Below, one piece after another: positions 1-8,234 of a stretch of 24,000 bases of DNA. The notes beneath the pieces are model-generated. The model ran no database searches. It was not told the origin of the DNA and saw nothing but the letters and a program-made list of their open reading frames with translations. Numbering within the stretch: position 1 is the first letter of the stretch; the number at the start of each line of letters is the position of its first letter. Both the position numbers and the translations under genes were made by a program. The stretch is taken from NCBI GenBank assembly GCA_001940985.1, contig MSHB01000021.1:3644-27643 (forward strand), in the 5' to 3' direction. This DNA is from Mollicutes bacterium Phil14. GTDB lineage: Bacteria > Bacillota_I > Bacilli_A > ML615J-28 > CAG-698.

Positions 1-9
1 ATTAAAAAA

Positions 10-579
10 ATGAAAAATTCATATAGTAAGAAAAATATTTTAACTGAAAATGAAGTTAAAGAATTATATTATAAGGTTTTTGACTTCTTGGGCATTGAAA
101 AATCAATTGAGGATGATTTGAAAAAGTTTGAAAATGAAAACTATCCTAGATTTAAAATGTTATCTTACAATATGTGTAAAGATAAAAGTTATCAAGAATT
201 AGAAAAATTATCATTAGAAGTCAATAGTTTTATTAATGGATACAAGAATTTAACTGATGCTTATGATTATGTCTGTTACAACAGTGGAAATTTGATTTTT
301 GAAATGATTGATAGCCTTGTAAAAGCAATTAAGGAAGAACCTAAAAAGTCAAAATTAAGAGTTGAAAATAGATATTTTTTTGATAATGATGTAATTATGT
401 ATTTAGATTATTTAGGATGGGTAGAACTGTTTTCTAAAATACAATATGTTAAAGAGAGAACTGATCCTTCAATATTTAAAAAAGATGATGTCAAAGAAAA
501 ATATTATCTTCTTGAAAAAAATTATTTAGTGGTATTGATATACAATGAATTTATTTCTAGAAAGGATGAGCAACAGTGA
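10..579 (+). CDS. Hypothetical protein, 189 aa from first Met; frame is open to the window start so the true start may lie upstream
   Basis: Open frame ending TGA at 577-579. Upstream codons ATT AAA AAA are in frame. No family recognised. Overlaps the GTG start of the next gene. Confidence 0.65.
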   Translation: MKNSYSKKNILTENEVKELYYKVFDFLGIEKSIEDDLKKFENENYPRFKMLSYNMCKDKSYQELEKLSLEVNSFINGYKNLTDAYDYVCYNSGNLIFEMIDSLVKAIKEEPKKSKLRVENRYFFDNDVIMYLDYLGWVELFSKIQYVKERTDPSIFKKDDVKEKYYLLEKNYLVVLIYNEFISRKDEQQ

Positions 580-1385
580 GAGGCGATTTTCATATGCATA
601 CAACTTATTCAGATGGTTTTTTATCTGTTGATGAGTTGTTAAAAGTTGCTGAAAAAAGTGTTGATTACATAGCTATTACTGATCATGATAGTATTGATGG
701 TGCTCTTGAAGCATATCAAAAAATTGATAATTATAATTTGAAATTAGTGTTAGGCGTAGAACTATCTACTTATAACAAAAATGAGAGTGTACATATATTA
801 GGGTATTTTAAAAATGTCGATGATATGAAAAAGATTGCTGATTTTCTTAGTGAACAAAAGAAGATTCGTTCTGATAGATGCTTAGAGATTGCAAAAAGAT
901 TAAAAATGTATTATGGATTAGATCTTGATACATCAAGACTTATGAAAAGAAGTTGTGTAACAAGAGGAAGCATTGCTCACGAAATGGTTAGACAGGGAAT
1001 GCCTTATACTGTTCAAGAAATATTTGAAAAATTTATTGGCGATGATTGCAAAGCTTATATTCCTAGTAGCAAAATTTCTACTTTAGATGGAATAAAAATT
1101 TTACGAGATGCTGGAGCGATTATTGTATTAGCTCATCCTGTTAGGTTTAAAATAAATAATCCCCAAGAAATAATTGATATGGGCGTTGATGGAATGGAAG
1201 CAAGATATTCAATAAATACAAAAGCGCAAACTGAAAGATATTTAAGTTTAGCTAAAAAAAATAACTTGTTTGTTACAGCAGGAAGCGATTTTCATTACTT
1301 TAATGATAGTGAACATGGTGATATTGGCTGTGTATATATTGAAGGCGATGAACTACAAGAGTTTATTAAAAGAGTTAGAGGTTAA
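576..1385 (+). CDS. PHP-domain metal-dependent phosphoesterase (TrpH/YciV-like nucleoside bisphosphate phosphatase family)
   Basis: N-terminal DFHMHTTYSDG, then AITDHDSIDG, LGVELS, VLAHPVR and AGSDFH motifs typical of PHP phosphoesterases. GTG start overlaps the upstream stop; AAGGA-like SD upstream. Confidence 0.88.
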   Translation: MRGDFHMHTTYSDGFLSVDELLKVAEKSVDYIAITDHDSIDGALEAYQKIDNYNLKLVLGVELSTYNKNESVHILGYFKNVDDMKKIADFLSEQKKIRSDRCLEIAKRLKMYYGLDLDTSRLMKRSCVTRGSIAHEMVRQGMPYTVQEIFEKFIGDDCKAYIPSSKISTLDGIKILRDAGAIIVLAHPVRFKINNPQEIIDMGVDGMEARYSINTKAQTERYLSLAKKNNLFVTAGSDFHYFNDSEHGDIGCVYIEGDELQEFIKRVRG

Positions 1386-1391
1386 AATAAA

Positions 1392-2657
1392 ATGAATGTG
1401 AGAAAATTAGCATTAGAAGCAATTGTAAAAATTATTGATAAAAAAGCTTATTCAAATATAGTTGTTAATGAATATTTGAGCAAATTTGAACTAAATAGCG
1501 AAGACAGAGCTTTATTTACTAATATAGTTTATGGAACTATTCAAAATTTACTAACAATAGATTATTACTTAGAACCATACATTTCAAAGAAAAAACAAAA
1601 ATGTTGGGTAAAATGCTTACTATATTTAAGTGCTTATCAAATTATTTATTTGGATATACCAGAATATGCAATTGTTAACGAAGCTGTAGCAATAGCTAAT
1701 ATAAGGGATCGTTCAATAGGATCTTTTGTTAATGCCGTATTGAGAAATTTATTACGAAATCCATTAAGAAGTCTTGAAGGACTTGATGAGATCAATTATT
1801 TGAGTATAAAATATTCACATCCTGCATGGTTAGTTGCTTACTTTTTAAAAGATTATGATTACGAAACCGTTGAAAAAATTTTAATTGAAAATTCTAATGT
1901 TAAAGATGGTGCCATTAGAGTAAACACTTTAAAAGCTACAAAAGAAGAAGTGATGAATACACTTACAGAAGAAGGAATACCGTTTAGTGATACGGATTTG
2001 GTGAAAAATGGTTTAATAATATATAATAATATAACTCGAAATGAATTATTAACTAGTGGAAAAATAACTGTTCAAGATATATCTAGTCAAATGGTAGCTG
2101 AAGTTGCTAATCCTTTTGAAAATGCAAAGATTCTTGATTTGTGTAGTGCTCCAGGTGGTAAAGTGGCTCACTTAGCGTCGATAATGAATAATACTGGAAC
2201 AATTTTCGCATGTGATATTTATTCTCATAAGATTAAATTGATGGAGAAAAGTTTCGCACGTTTGGGTGTGAAAAATGTTAAAACTCAACTTATAGACGCT
2301 AGAAATATATCAAATTATGTTAAAGAAGAGTCTTTTGATTATTGTTTAGCAGATGCACCATGTAGTGGATTAGGTGTACTAAGTCATAAAGTTGATTTAA
2401 AGTATAATATTGATTTAAAATCTATTGAAGAAGTAGAATATCTTCAAAAAGAAATACTTGATGCTACTTGCAATCTTGTCAAACACGGTGGTTATTATAT
2501 TTATAGTACTTGTACAATAAACAAAGACGAAAATGAAAAACAAATTGCTAAATTTATTCAAAAACATCCTGAATTTGAAATCGTAGAAGAAAGAAAAATA
2601 TTGCCATTTGGATATCACATTGATGGTTTCTATATTTGCAAGATGAGGAGAAATTAA
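1392..2657 (+). CDS. rsmB: 16S rRNA (cytosine(967)-C(5))-methyltransferase RsmB
   Basis: N-terminal NusB-like domain (MNVRKLALEAIVKI...), SAM motif LDLCSAPGGKVAHLA, DAPCSGLGVL and YSTCTI catalytic Cys motifs. Confidence 0.93.
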   Translation: MNVRKLALEAIVKIIDKKAYSNIVVNEYLSKFELNSEDRALFTNIVYGTIQNLLTIDYYLEPYISKKKQKCWVKCLLYLSAYQIIYLDIPEYAIVNEAVAIANIRDRSIGSFVNAVLRNLLRNPLRSLEGLDEINYLSIKYSHPAWLVAYFLKDYDYETVEKILIENSNVKDGAIRVNTLKATKEEVMNTLTEEGIPFSDTDLVKNGLIIYNNITRNELLTSGKITVQDISSQMVAEVANPFENAKILDLCSAPGGKVAHLASIMNNTGTIFACDIYSHKIKLMEKSFARLGVKNVKTQLIDARNISNYVKEESFDYCLADAPCSGLGVLSHKVDLKYNIDLKSIEEVEYLQKEILDATCNLVKHGGYYIYSTCTINKDENEKQIAKFIQKHPEFEIVEERKILPFGYHIDGFYICKMRRN

Positions 2658-2659
2658 AA

Positions 2660-3706
2660 GTGGTTGAAAAGAAGAACATATATGATTATTCTAGAGAAAA
2701 ATTAGAATTGCAATTATTAGCGATTGGTGAAAAAAAATTTAGAGCTACACAAATTTTTGAAGCTATATATAAAAATAATTTGTATGATTTTGAAACTATT
2801 ACTACTTTATCAAAGGATAGTCGAAAAGAATTAGCCAAATATTTTGAGTTTTCTAATTTGATGACAAAAGACATTAAAGTTTCTGAAGATGGTACAACAA
2901 AGTTCTTGTTTGAATTGAATGATAAAAATTTAATCGAAACTGTTTTAATGCCTCATGATTATGGCGATAGTGTTTGTGTTACAACACAAGTAGGATGTAA
3001 TATGGGGTGTAAATTTTGTGCTAGTGGAACGCTGAAGAAAATTCGTAATCTAACAACAGGTGAAATAGTTATGCAAGTTGTTAATATTAATAACTACTTA
3101 CAATCTATGTCTCGTCGCGTTAGTCATGTAGTTATCATGGGAATAGGTGAACCTTTTGATAATTTCGATAATGTTATGGAATTTATAAAAATTATAAATG
3201 ATGGAAAAGGTTTAGAAATTGGTTCTAGGCATATTACTGTTTCTACATGTGGAATAGTTCCAAAGATTTATGAATTTGCTGATTTTCCTTTACAGGTTAA
3301 TCTTGCGTTAAGTCTACATTTTCCAAACAATGAAACAAGAGAAAAATATATGCCAGTAAACAAAAAATATAAATTAGAAGAATTGTTAAATGCATTAAAA
3401 TACTATTATAACAAAACTAATCGTCGTATTACGTTTGAATATATTTTGCTTAAAGATATTAATGATTCTTTAGAAATGGCAGAAGAACTTGTAAAATTGG
3501 TTTCAGGACTTAATTGTTATATAAATCTAATTCCATATAATGAAACAAATGGAATTTTTAAGAGAACATCTGTAGAAAGAAGAAATGAATTTTTTGATTA
3601 TTTAATAAAAAATGGTATTAATGCAATTGTTCGTAGAGAATATGGGCATGATATTGATGCTGCTTGTGGCCAATTGAGAGCTAAAAATATAGTGGAGAGC
3701 AAATGA
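2660..3706 (+). CDS. rlmN: 23S rRNA (adenine(2503)-C(2))-methyltransferase RlmN, radical SAM
   Basis: CX3CX2C radical-SAM motif GCNMGCKFCASGTLKK; GIGEPFDN; C-terminal REYGHDIDAACGQLRA. ORF track starts at 2636, but GTG at 2660 has an AGGAG SD at 2646-2650 and follows the rsmB stop. Confidence 0.95.
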   Translation: MVEKKNIYDYSREKLELQLLAIGEKKFRATQIFEAIYKNNLYDFETITTLSKDSRKELAKYFEFSNLMTKDIKVSEDGTTKFLFELNDKNLIETVLMPHDYGDSVCVTTQVGCNMGCKFCASGTLKKIRNLTTGEIVMQVVNINNYLQSMSRRVSHVVIMGIGEPFDNFDNVMEFIKIINDGKGLEIGSRHITVSTCGIVPKIYEFADFPLQVNLALSLHFPNNETREKYMPVNKKYKLEELLNALKYYYNKTNRRITFEYILLKDINDSLEMAEELVKLVSGLNCYINLIPYNETNGIFKRTSVERRNEFFDYLIKNGINAIVRREYGHDIDAACGQLRAKNIVESK

Positions 3707-4563
3707 AAGAAGGACAAATAATAAAATCTATTAGTGGTGAATATACAATTTTTACTGGTGAAGAAAAAATTGTTTGTAAGCCAAGAGGAATTTTTAGATA
3801 TAAAGGAATGACACCAAAGGTTGGCGATTATGTTTTAGTAAACGATGATACGAAATCTATCGTTGAAATTAAGCCAAGAAAAAATGATTTAATAAGACCA
3901 GTAATTTGCAATGTTGATAAAGCTTTTTTAGTTTTTTCTGTAAAAGAACCTGATTTGAATTTGAATCTTTTAGATAGACTTTTGGCTATTATAGAATTTA
4001 ATAATATAGAAGCAGTAATTGTCTTTACAAAACTTGACTTATTGACTGATTGTGAAAAATACACTAAGATTAGAGATTATTATGCAAGTCTTGGGTATAA
4101 AATATATGAAAGTTCTATAAGCGCATTACCAGCTGATATTGTTGATGAAGTTAAAAGTAATTTATGTGTCTTAGCAGGACAAAGCGGAGTTGGTAAAAGT
4201 ACGCTTTTAAATAATATTGATCCGAGATTGAAACTTAAAACTTCCGAAATATCACAAGCATTAGGTAGAGGAAAACACACTACAAGGCATGTTGAACTTA
4301 TAGAAATAAATTCAGGGTATTTAGCTGATACTCCTGGTTTTGGTACTGTTGATTTTTGTGATATGGAAGTTAGTGATCTTAGTCATTCTTTTATAGAGTT
4401 CTTTTCTCATTTGGGAAAGTGCAAATATTCTACGTGTTTACATATAAATGAACCTGGTTGTGAGGTTAAAAAACTTGTTGAAGATGGTGCTATTTTAAAA
4501 AGCCGTTATGATAATTATTTGTTATTTGTTAAAGAAATAAAAGATAGTAAGAAAAAATATTAA
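3703..4563 (+). CDS. rsgA: Ribosome small subunit-dependent GTPase A (circularly permuted GTPase)
   Basis: Circularly permuted motifs TKLDL ... GQSGVGKSTL ... DTPGFG, then Zn-binding CKYSTCLHINEPGC. ATGA overlap with rlmN. Confidence 0.95.
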   Translation: MKEGQIIKSISGEYTIFTGEEKIVCKPRGIFRYKGMTPKVGDYVLVNDDTKSIVEIKPRKNDLIRPVICNVDKAFLVFSVKEPDLNLNLLDRLLAIIEFNNIEAVIVFTKLDLLTDCEKYTKIRDYYASLGYKIYESSISALPADIVDEVKSNLCVLAGQSGVGKSTLLNNIDPRLKLKTSEISQALGRGKHTTRHVELIEINSGYLADTPGFGTVDFCDMEVSDLSHSFIEFFSHLGKCKYSTCLHINEPGCEVKKLVEDGAILKSRYDNYLLFVKEIKDSKKKY

Positions 4564-4580
4564 ATATATTGGAGGAAAAT

Positions 4581-5225
4581 ATGATTGTTTCACCTTCTAT
4601 TTTATCAGCTGATTTTTCTCATTTACTTGACGATGTTTTAGATGTTCAAGAAATGGGAGCTCAATATATTCACATCGATGTAATGGATGGTCATTTTGTT
4701 CCTAACATTTCTTTAGGACCTGTTGTTCTTGAATCGCTTAAAGGAAAGTGTAGTGTTATCAAAGATGTTCATTTAATGATTGATGAACCATTAAAATATG
4801 CTGAAAGTTTTAAAAAAGCTGGTGCTGATATAATTACATTTCATTATGAAGTAGTATCTGATGTAAAGTTTGCTATAAAAAAAATAAAAGAACTAGGTGT
4901 AAAAGTAGGAATAAGCATAAAACCTAAAACAGATGTTAAAGTTTTACTTCCATATTTGAACGATTTAGATTTGATTTTAATTATGTCAGTAGAACCAGGT
5001 TTTGGTGGACAAAAGTTTATGGAAAATAGTTTGCCAAAAATAAAATTTTTAGCAGAAGAAAGATGCAAACTTGGTTTGAATTATCTTATTGAAGTCGATG
5101 GAGGAATTAATCTTGAAACTGCTAAGCTTTGCAAAGATAATGGCTGCGATATTGCTGTTGCGGGGACATCTATTTTTAAAGCAAGCGATAGAAATAAAGT
5201 TGTTAAAGGTTTATTGGAATTATGA
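4581..5225 (+). CDS. rpe: Ribulose-phosphate 3-epimerase
   Basis: PSILSADF, HIDVMDGHFVPNIS, MSVEPGFGGQKF, DGGIN motifs. ATG at 4581 preceded by GGAGG at 4571-4575; the ORF-track TTG at 4569 is too early. Confidence 0.96.
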   Translation: MIVSPSILSADFSHLLDDVLDVQEMGAQYIHIDVMDGHFVPNISLGPVVLESLKGKCSVIKDVHLMIDEPLKYAESFKKAGADIITFHYEVVSDVKFAIKKIKELGVKVGISIKPKTDVKVLLPYLNDLDLILIMSVEPGFGGQKFMENSLPKIKFLAEERCKLGLNYLIEVDGGINLETAKLCKDNGCDIAVAGTSIFKASDRNKVVKGLLEL

Positions 5226-5848
5226 TAATTAAGATTGTGTGTGCTGGTCAAAATGATTTTTCTAGTCTATATAAAAAAGATGATAATGAGTTTATTATTG
5301 CAGTTGACGGAGGAATAAAAGCAGTAAAAGAAAAAAAACTTATTGCTGATCTGTTAATTGGAGACTTTGATTCTTGCAGTTTGAGTGAAGATGAATACAG
5401 AAATAACTATTTAAAAAAGATGACTTTTAATGCGAGAAAAGATTATAGTGATTTAGAATTAGCATTACAAGAGTGTGAAAAAAATAGTCATGATGATGTA
5501 GATGAAATTCTAATATATAATGCTACTGGTATTAGACTGGATCATTTTTATGCTAATATTTTGTTGTTAGAAAAATATAGTAATTTAAAAGCAAAAATAA
5601 TAGATAAAAATAATTGCATTTTTATAATTAACAAAAATGAAAACTTTTTTAAAAATGAATATAAGTATATATCATTTTTTGCGTTAGAAAGTGATACTAT
5701 AATATCATTAAATGGTTTTTCTTATGATTTGTCTGATTATAATCTTAATATTAATGACCCATTATGTTTAAGTAATGAAATACTAAAAAATAGTATTGCC
5801 ACTATTAAGATTAACAACAAAAAAGTTTTAGTAATACGTTCTAATTAA
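5222..5848 (+). CDS. thiN: Thiamine pyrophosphokinase
   Basis: AVDGGIKA, LLIGDFDS, ARKDYSDLELAL, NATGIRLDH motifs. ATGA overlap with rpe; synteny rpe-thiN-spoVM. Confidence 0.9.
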   Translation: MIIKIVCAGQNDFSSLYKKDDNEFIIAVDGGIKAVKEKKLIADLLIGDFDSCSLSEDEYRNNYLKKMTFNARKDYSDLELALQECEKNSHDDVDEILIYNATGIRLDHFYANILLLEKYSNLKAKIIDKNNCIFIINKNENFFKNEYKYISFFALESDTIISLNGFSYDLSDYNLNINDPLCLSNEILKNSIATIKINNKKVLVIRSN

Positions 5849-5849
5849 C

Positions 5850-5875
5850 ATAAAAAAAGAACCCCTGCATATAAT
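5850..5875 (+). promoter_or_regulatory. Possible promoter of spoVM: ATAAA-like -35 with CATATAAT -10, resembling sigma-E; TATAAT nested in it also fits sigma-A
   Basis: Sequence CATAAAAAAAAGAACCCCTGCATATAAT, about 13 nt spacer, 21 nt upstream of the spoVM ATG. Pattern match only. Confidence 0.35.
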
Positions 5876-5896
5876 TAAAGTGTAGTGAGGGATTCT

Positions 5897-5980
5897 ATGA
5901 AGTTTTATGTAATAAAGTTACCAAAATTCTTATCTTTTATAATTTCTAAAATAGTTAAAGTATTTAAAAAGAATGGTTAA
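5897..5980 (+). CDS. spoVM: Stage V sporulation protein M (27 aa), MKFYVIKLPKFLSFIISKIVKVFKKNG
   Basis: Direct translation of ATG at 5897 to TAA at 5978-5980. Near identical over residues 1-12 to B. subtilis SpoVM (MKFYTIKLPKFLGGIVRAMLGSFRKD, from memory), including Pro9. GTGAGGG SD. Located between thiN and convergent rpmB as in Bacillus. Not in the supplied ORF track. Confidence 0.93.
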   Translation: MKFYVIKLPKFLSFIISKIVKVFKKNG

Positions 5981-5983
5981 AAT

Positions 5984-6009
5984 AAAAAAAGGCTTATACG
6001 CCTTTTTTT
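5984..6009. terminator. Bidirectional intrinsic terminator between spoVM and convergent rpmB
   Basis: AAAAAAAGGC-TTATAC-GCCTTTTTTT palindrome with T-run on both strands. Confidence 0.8.
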
Positions 6010-6014
6010 ATTAA

Positions 6015-6206
6015 TTAAGCGCGTTCAACAAGTCCACTTCTTAATGCACGTGTAGATACATATACGCGTTTAACTTTTCCATCTTCATCTTTAATTCTAA
6101 CTTTTTGAAGGTTAGCTTTCCATGTTCTTTTAGAAGCACGTAGTGAGTGAGGACGGTTATTACCAGTTACAGTTCCTAAACCAGTTACATAGCATTTACG
6201 AGCCAT
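6015..6206 (-). CDS. rpmB: 50S ribosomal protein L28
   Basis: [38 protein letters not shown]...[13 protein letters not shown]; GGAGG SD on minus strand. Confidence 0.97.
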   Translation of the reverse strand: MARKCYVTGLGTVTGNNRPHSLRASKRTWKANLQKVRIKDEDGKVKRVYVSTRALRSGLVERA

Positions 6207-6249
6207 AGTTGTATACCTCCATTTAATATTCTAAACTTTTACCTTGACT

Positions 6250-6278
6250 ATTATAACACAAACAAAGTTAAAATGCAA
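6250..6278 (-). promoter_or_regulatory. Sigma-A promoter for rpmB
   Basis: Minus strand TTGCAT - 17 nt - TATAAT; upstream A/T tracts look like an UP element. Confidence 0.65.
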
Positions 6279-6320
6279 GTAAAAAAAATTTTTAGTAAAA
6301 AAAGTTTTTTTATTGTATAC

Positions 6321-6354
6321 TAAAAAAAGAAATCTTACATTTAGTGTAAGATTT
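6321..6354 (-). terminator. Hairpin followed by T-run on the minus strand, upstream of the rpmB promoter
   Basis: 10-bp perfect stem AAATCTTACA(6330-6339)/TGTAAGATTT(6345-6354), 5-nt loop; minus strand continues CTTTTTTTA. Confidence 0.6.
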
Positions 6355-6400
6355 TACATCAAAATAATAATAATTCAAAGGTTTAAGACAGGTTTTTTTC

Positions 6401-6429
6401 TTGATTAAAAGGTGTTTTTATGATATAAT
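6401..6429 (+). promoter_or_regulatory. Sigma-A promoter for fakA
   Basis: TTGATT (6401-6406), 17-nt spacer, TATAAT (6424-6429). Confidence 0.7.
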
Positions 6430-6497
6430 CTATATAGTTATCGTTTTACAATATTTGAAAGATTATACATATAAATATAGATTTGGAGGCATTGTTA

Positions 6498-8186
6498 ATG
6501 CAAATAAAAAAAATGGATGGTGTGCTTTTTAAAGCATTAGTTATCGGTGGCGCTCAAAATTTGAAAAATAATTACGCAGAAATAGATTCTTTAAATGTTT
6601 TCCCAGTTCCTGATGGTGATACTGGTACTAATATGAAAATGACAATTGATGGTGGAATAAACGAAATATATAATTTGCACGAAAATAGTATTCAAGAAGT
6701 TGCAAAAAAACTTTCTAGAGGAATGCTAATGGGGGCTAGAGGTAATTCTGGTGTAATATTATCTCAATTATTCAGAGGTGTTGCAAAGGGATTTGATGGG
6801 TTTGAACAAGTTGATGCTATTAGACTTGCAAATGCTTTCGCAAGTGGCGTTGAACAAGCATACAAAGCTGTTATGAAACCTGTTGAAGGTACAATTCTTA
6901 CTGTGGCAAGAGAAGCAAGTGAAAAGATGACAGCTATTTCTTCATCTAGAATGTCAATAAATGAATTCTTTAGTGAATACGTTGATGAAGTAAAAGCTTC
7001 ACTTAATAGAACTCCTGACTTACTACCTGTTTTAAAAGAATCAGGTGTTGTTGATAGTGGTGGAGCAGGATATCTTTGCATTGTTGAAGGTATGATAAAA
7101 GTTTTAGAAGGCGAAGAAGTTGAAGTTTGTGATTGTGGAATGGAACATAGTCGTTTTGGTGTTGAGACTACTTTAGCTAAAGAAGAAGAAAGCAATGAAT
7201 TCGGATATTGTACAGAATTCATTTTAGAAATAAAAAATGAACTTAACCCTGCTGATTTTGATGAAAGAGTAGTTTTAGATGAATTAATGCCAATAGGTGA
7301 TTCAATTGCTCTTGTTAAAGATGATAATTTAATAAAAGTTCATATTCATACATTAGTTCCTGGAAATGTTTTAAACATTGGACAAAAATATGGTGAATTT
7401 ATAAAATTGAAAATAGAAAATATGACTATTCAACATCATGAAAATCAAGAGATTAAACATGTTGAAGTAGGCGTTTGTGAATGTGGTTCTGAACATTTAC
7501 CACCAGTGCAAAAACCAGAAGTTAGAAAGAAATATGCTGTTGTAACTGTTGCTAGTGGTGCCGGCCTAATTAAGACATTTAAAGATTTAGGTGCTGATTA
7601 TGTTGTTAGTGGTGGTCAAAGTATGAATCCTTCAACAGAGGATTTCATTCGTGGATATGATACTTTAAATGCTGAACACATTTTAGTTTTCCCTAACAAT
7701 AAAAATATTATTTTAGCTGCTAACCAATCTGCTAAGATATATACAGAAAGTCAAGTACATGTTATTGAAAGTAAAACTATTGCTCAAGGTTTTTCTGCTC
7801 TAACAATGCTTGATATTAGCGGTGAGGTAGATGACATTATTGAAGAAATGAATAGTGTTATTAGTAATGTTACAACTGGATTAGTAACATATTCTATTCG
7901 TGATACTGTTGTTGAAGGATTAAAAATTCGTAAAGATGATTATATAGGAATTTGTAATAACAAGATAGTAGCATCATTTAAACGAAAAATTGATACTGTT
8001 AAAGCACTATTAAAAGAAGCTGTTACTGATGAAAAAGAATTAATTACTATCATTTATGGTAATGATACAACTTTAAAAGAAGTTAATGAATTCGTGAAAT
8101 ATATTGAGAAAAATTATAGTAATCTTGAGGTTGATGTTATTGAAGGAAATCAAGAAGTCTATAGTTATATTCTAGCGATAGAGTAG
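6498..8186 (+). CDS. fakA: DAK2-domain fatty acid kinase catalytic subunit (FakA/YloV)
   Basis: NVFPVPDGDTGTNM, GARGNSGVILSQ, VDSGGAGYLCIVEG DhaL-type motifs plus C-terminal domain. ATG 6498 is spaced correctly from GGAGG at 6484-6488. Confidence 0.92.
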   Translation: MQIKKMDGVLFKALVIGGAQNLKNNYAEIDSLNVFPVPDGDTGTNMKMTIDGGINEIYNLHENSIQEVAKKLSRGMLMGARGNSGVILSQLFRGVAKGFDGFEQVDAIRLANAFASGVEQAYKAVMKPVEGTILTVAREASEKMTAISSSRMSINEFFSEYVDEVKASLNRTPDLLPVLKESGVVDSGGAGYLCIVEGMIKVLEGEEVEVCDCGMEHSRFGVETTLAKEEESNEFGYCTEFILEIKNELNPADFDERVVLDELMPIGDSIALVKDDNLIKVHIHTLVPGNVLNIGQKYGEFIKLKIENMTIQHHENQEIKHVEVGVCECGSEHLPPVQKPEVRKKYAVVTVASGAGLIKTFKDLGADYVVSGGQSMNPSTEDFIRGYDTLNAEHILVFPNNKNIILAANQSAKIYTESQVHVIESKTIAQGFSALTMLDISGEVDDIIEEMNSVISNVTTGLVTYSIRDTVVEGLKIRKDDYIGICNNKIVASFKRKIDTVKALLKEAVTDEKELITIIYGNDTTLKEVNEFVKYIEKNYSNLEVDVIEGNQEVYSYILAIE

Positions 8187-8190
8187 AATA

Positions 8191-8217
8191 AGGGCTTTTA
8201 TAAAAAGCCTTTTTATT
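8191..8217 (+). terminator. Intrinsic terminator after fakA
   Basis: AGGGCTTTTATAAAAAGCCTTTTTAT hairpin with T-run. Confidence 0.7.
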
Positions 8218-8234
8218 TATTTATGGAGTAAAAA

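Noticed and set aside
2415-2874. Minus-strand 67- and 62-aa ORFs over rsmB/rlmN
   Set aside because: Fully antisense to motif-bearing genes, no independent support.
3828-4280. Minus-strand ORFs of 78 and 66 aa inside rsgA
   Set aside because: Antisense shadow ORFs of a well-supported GTPase gene, low-complexity translations, no SD.
5849-5900. ACCCCTGCA...TGTAGTGAGGG as a regulatory hairpin in the spoVM leader
   Set aside because: Pairing is imperfect and short; better explained as promoter plus SD sequence.
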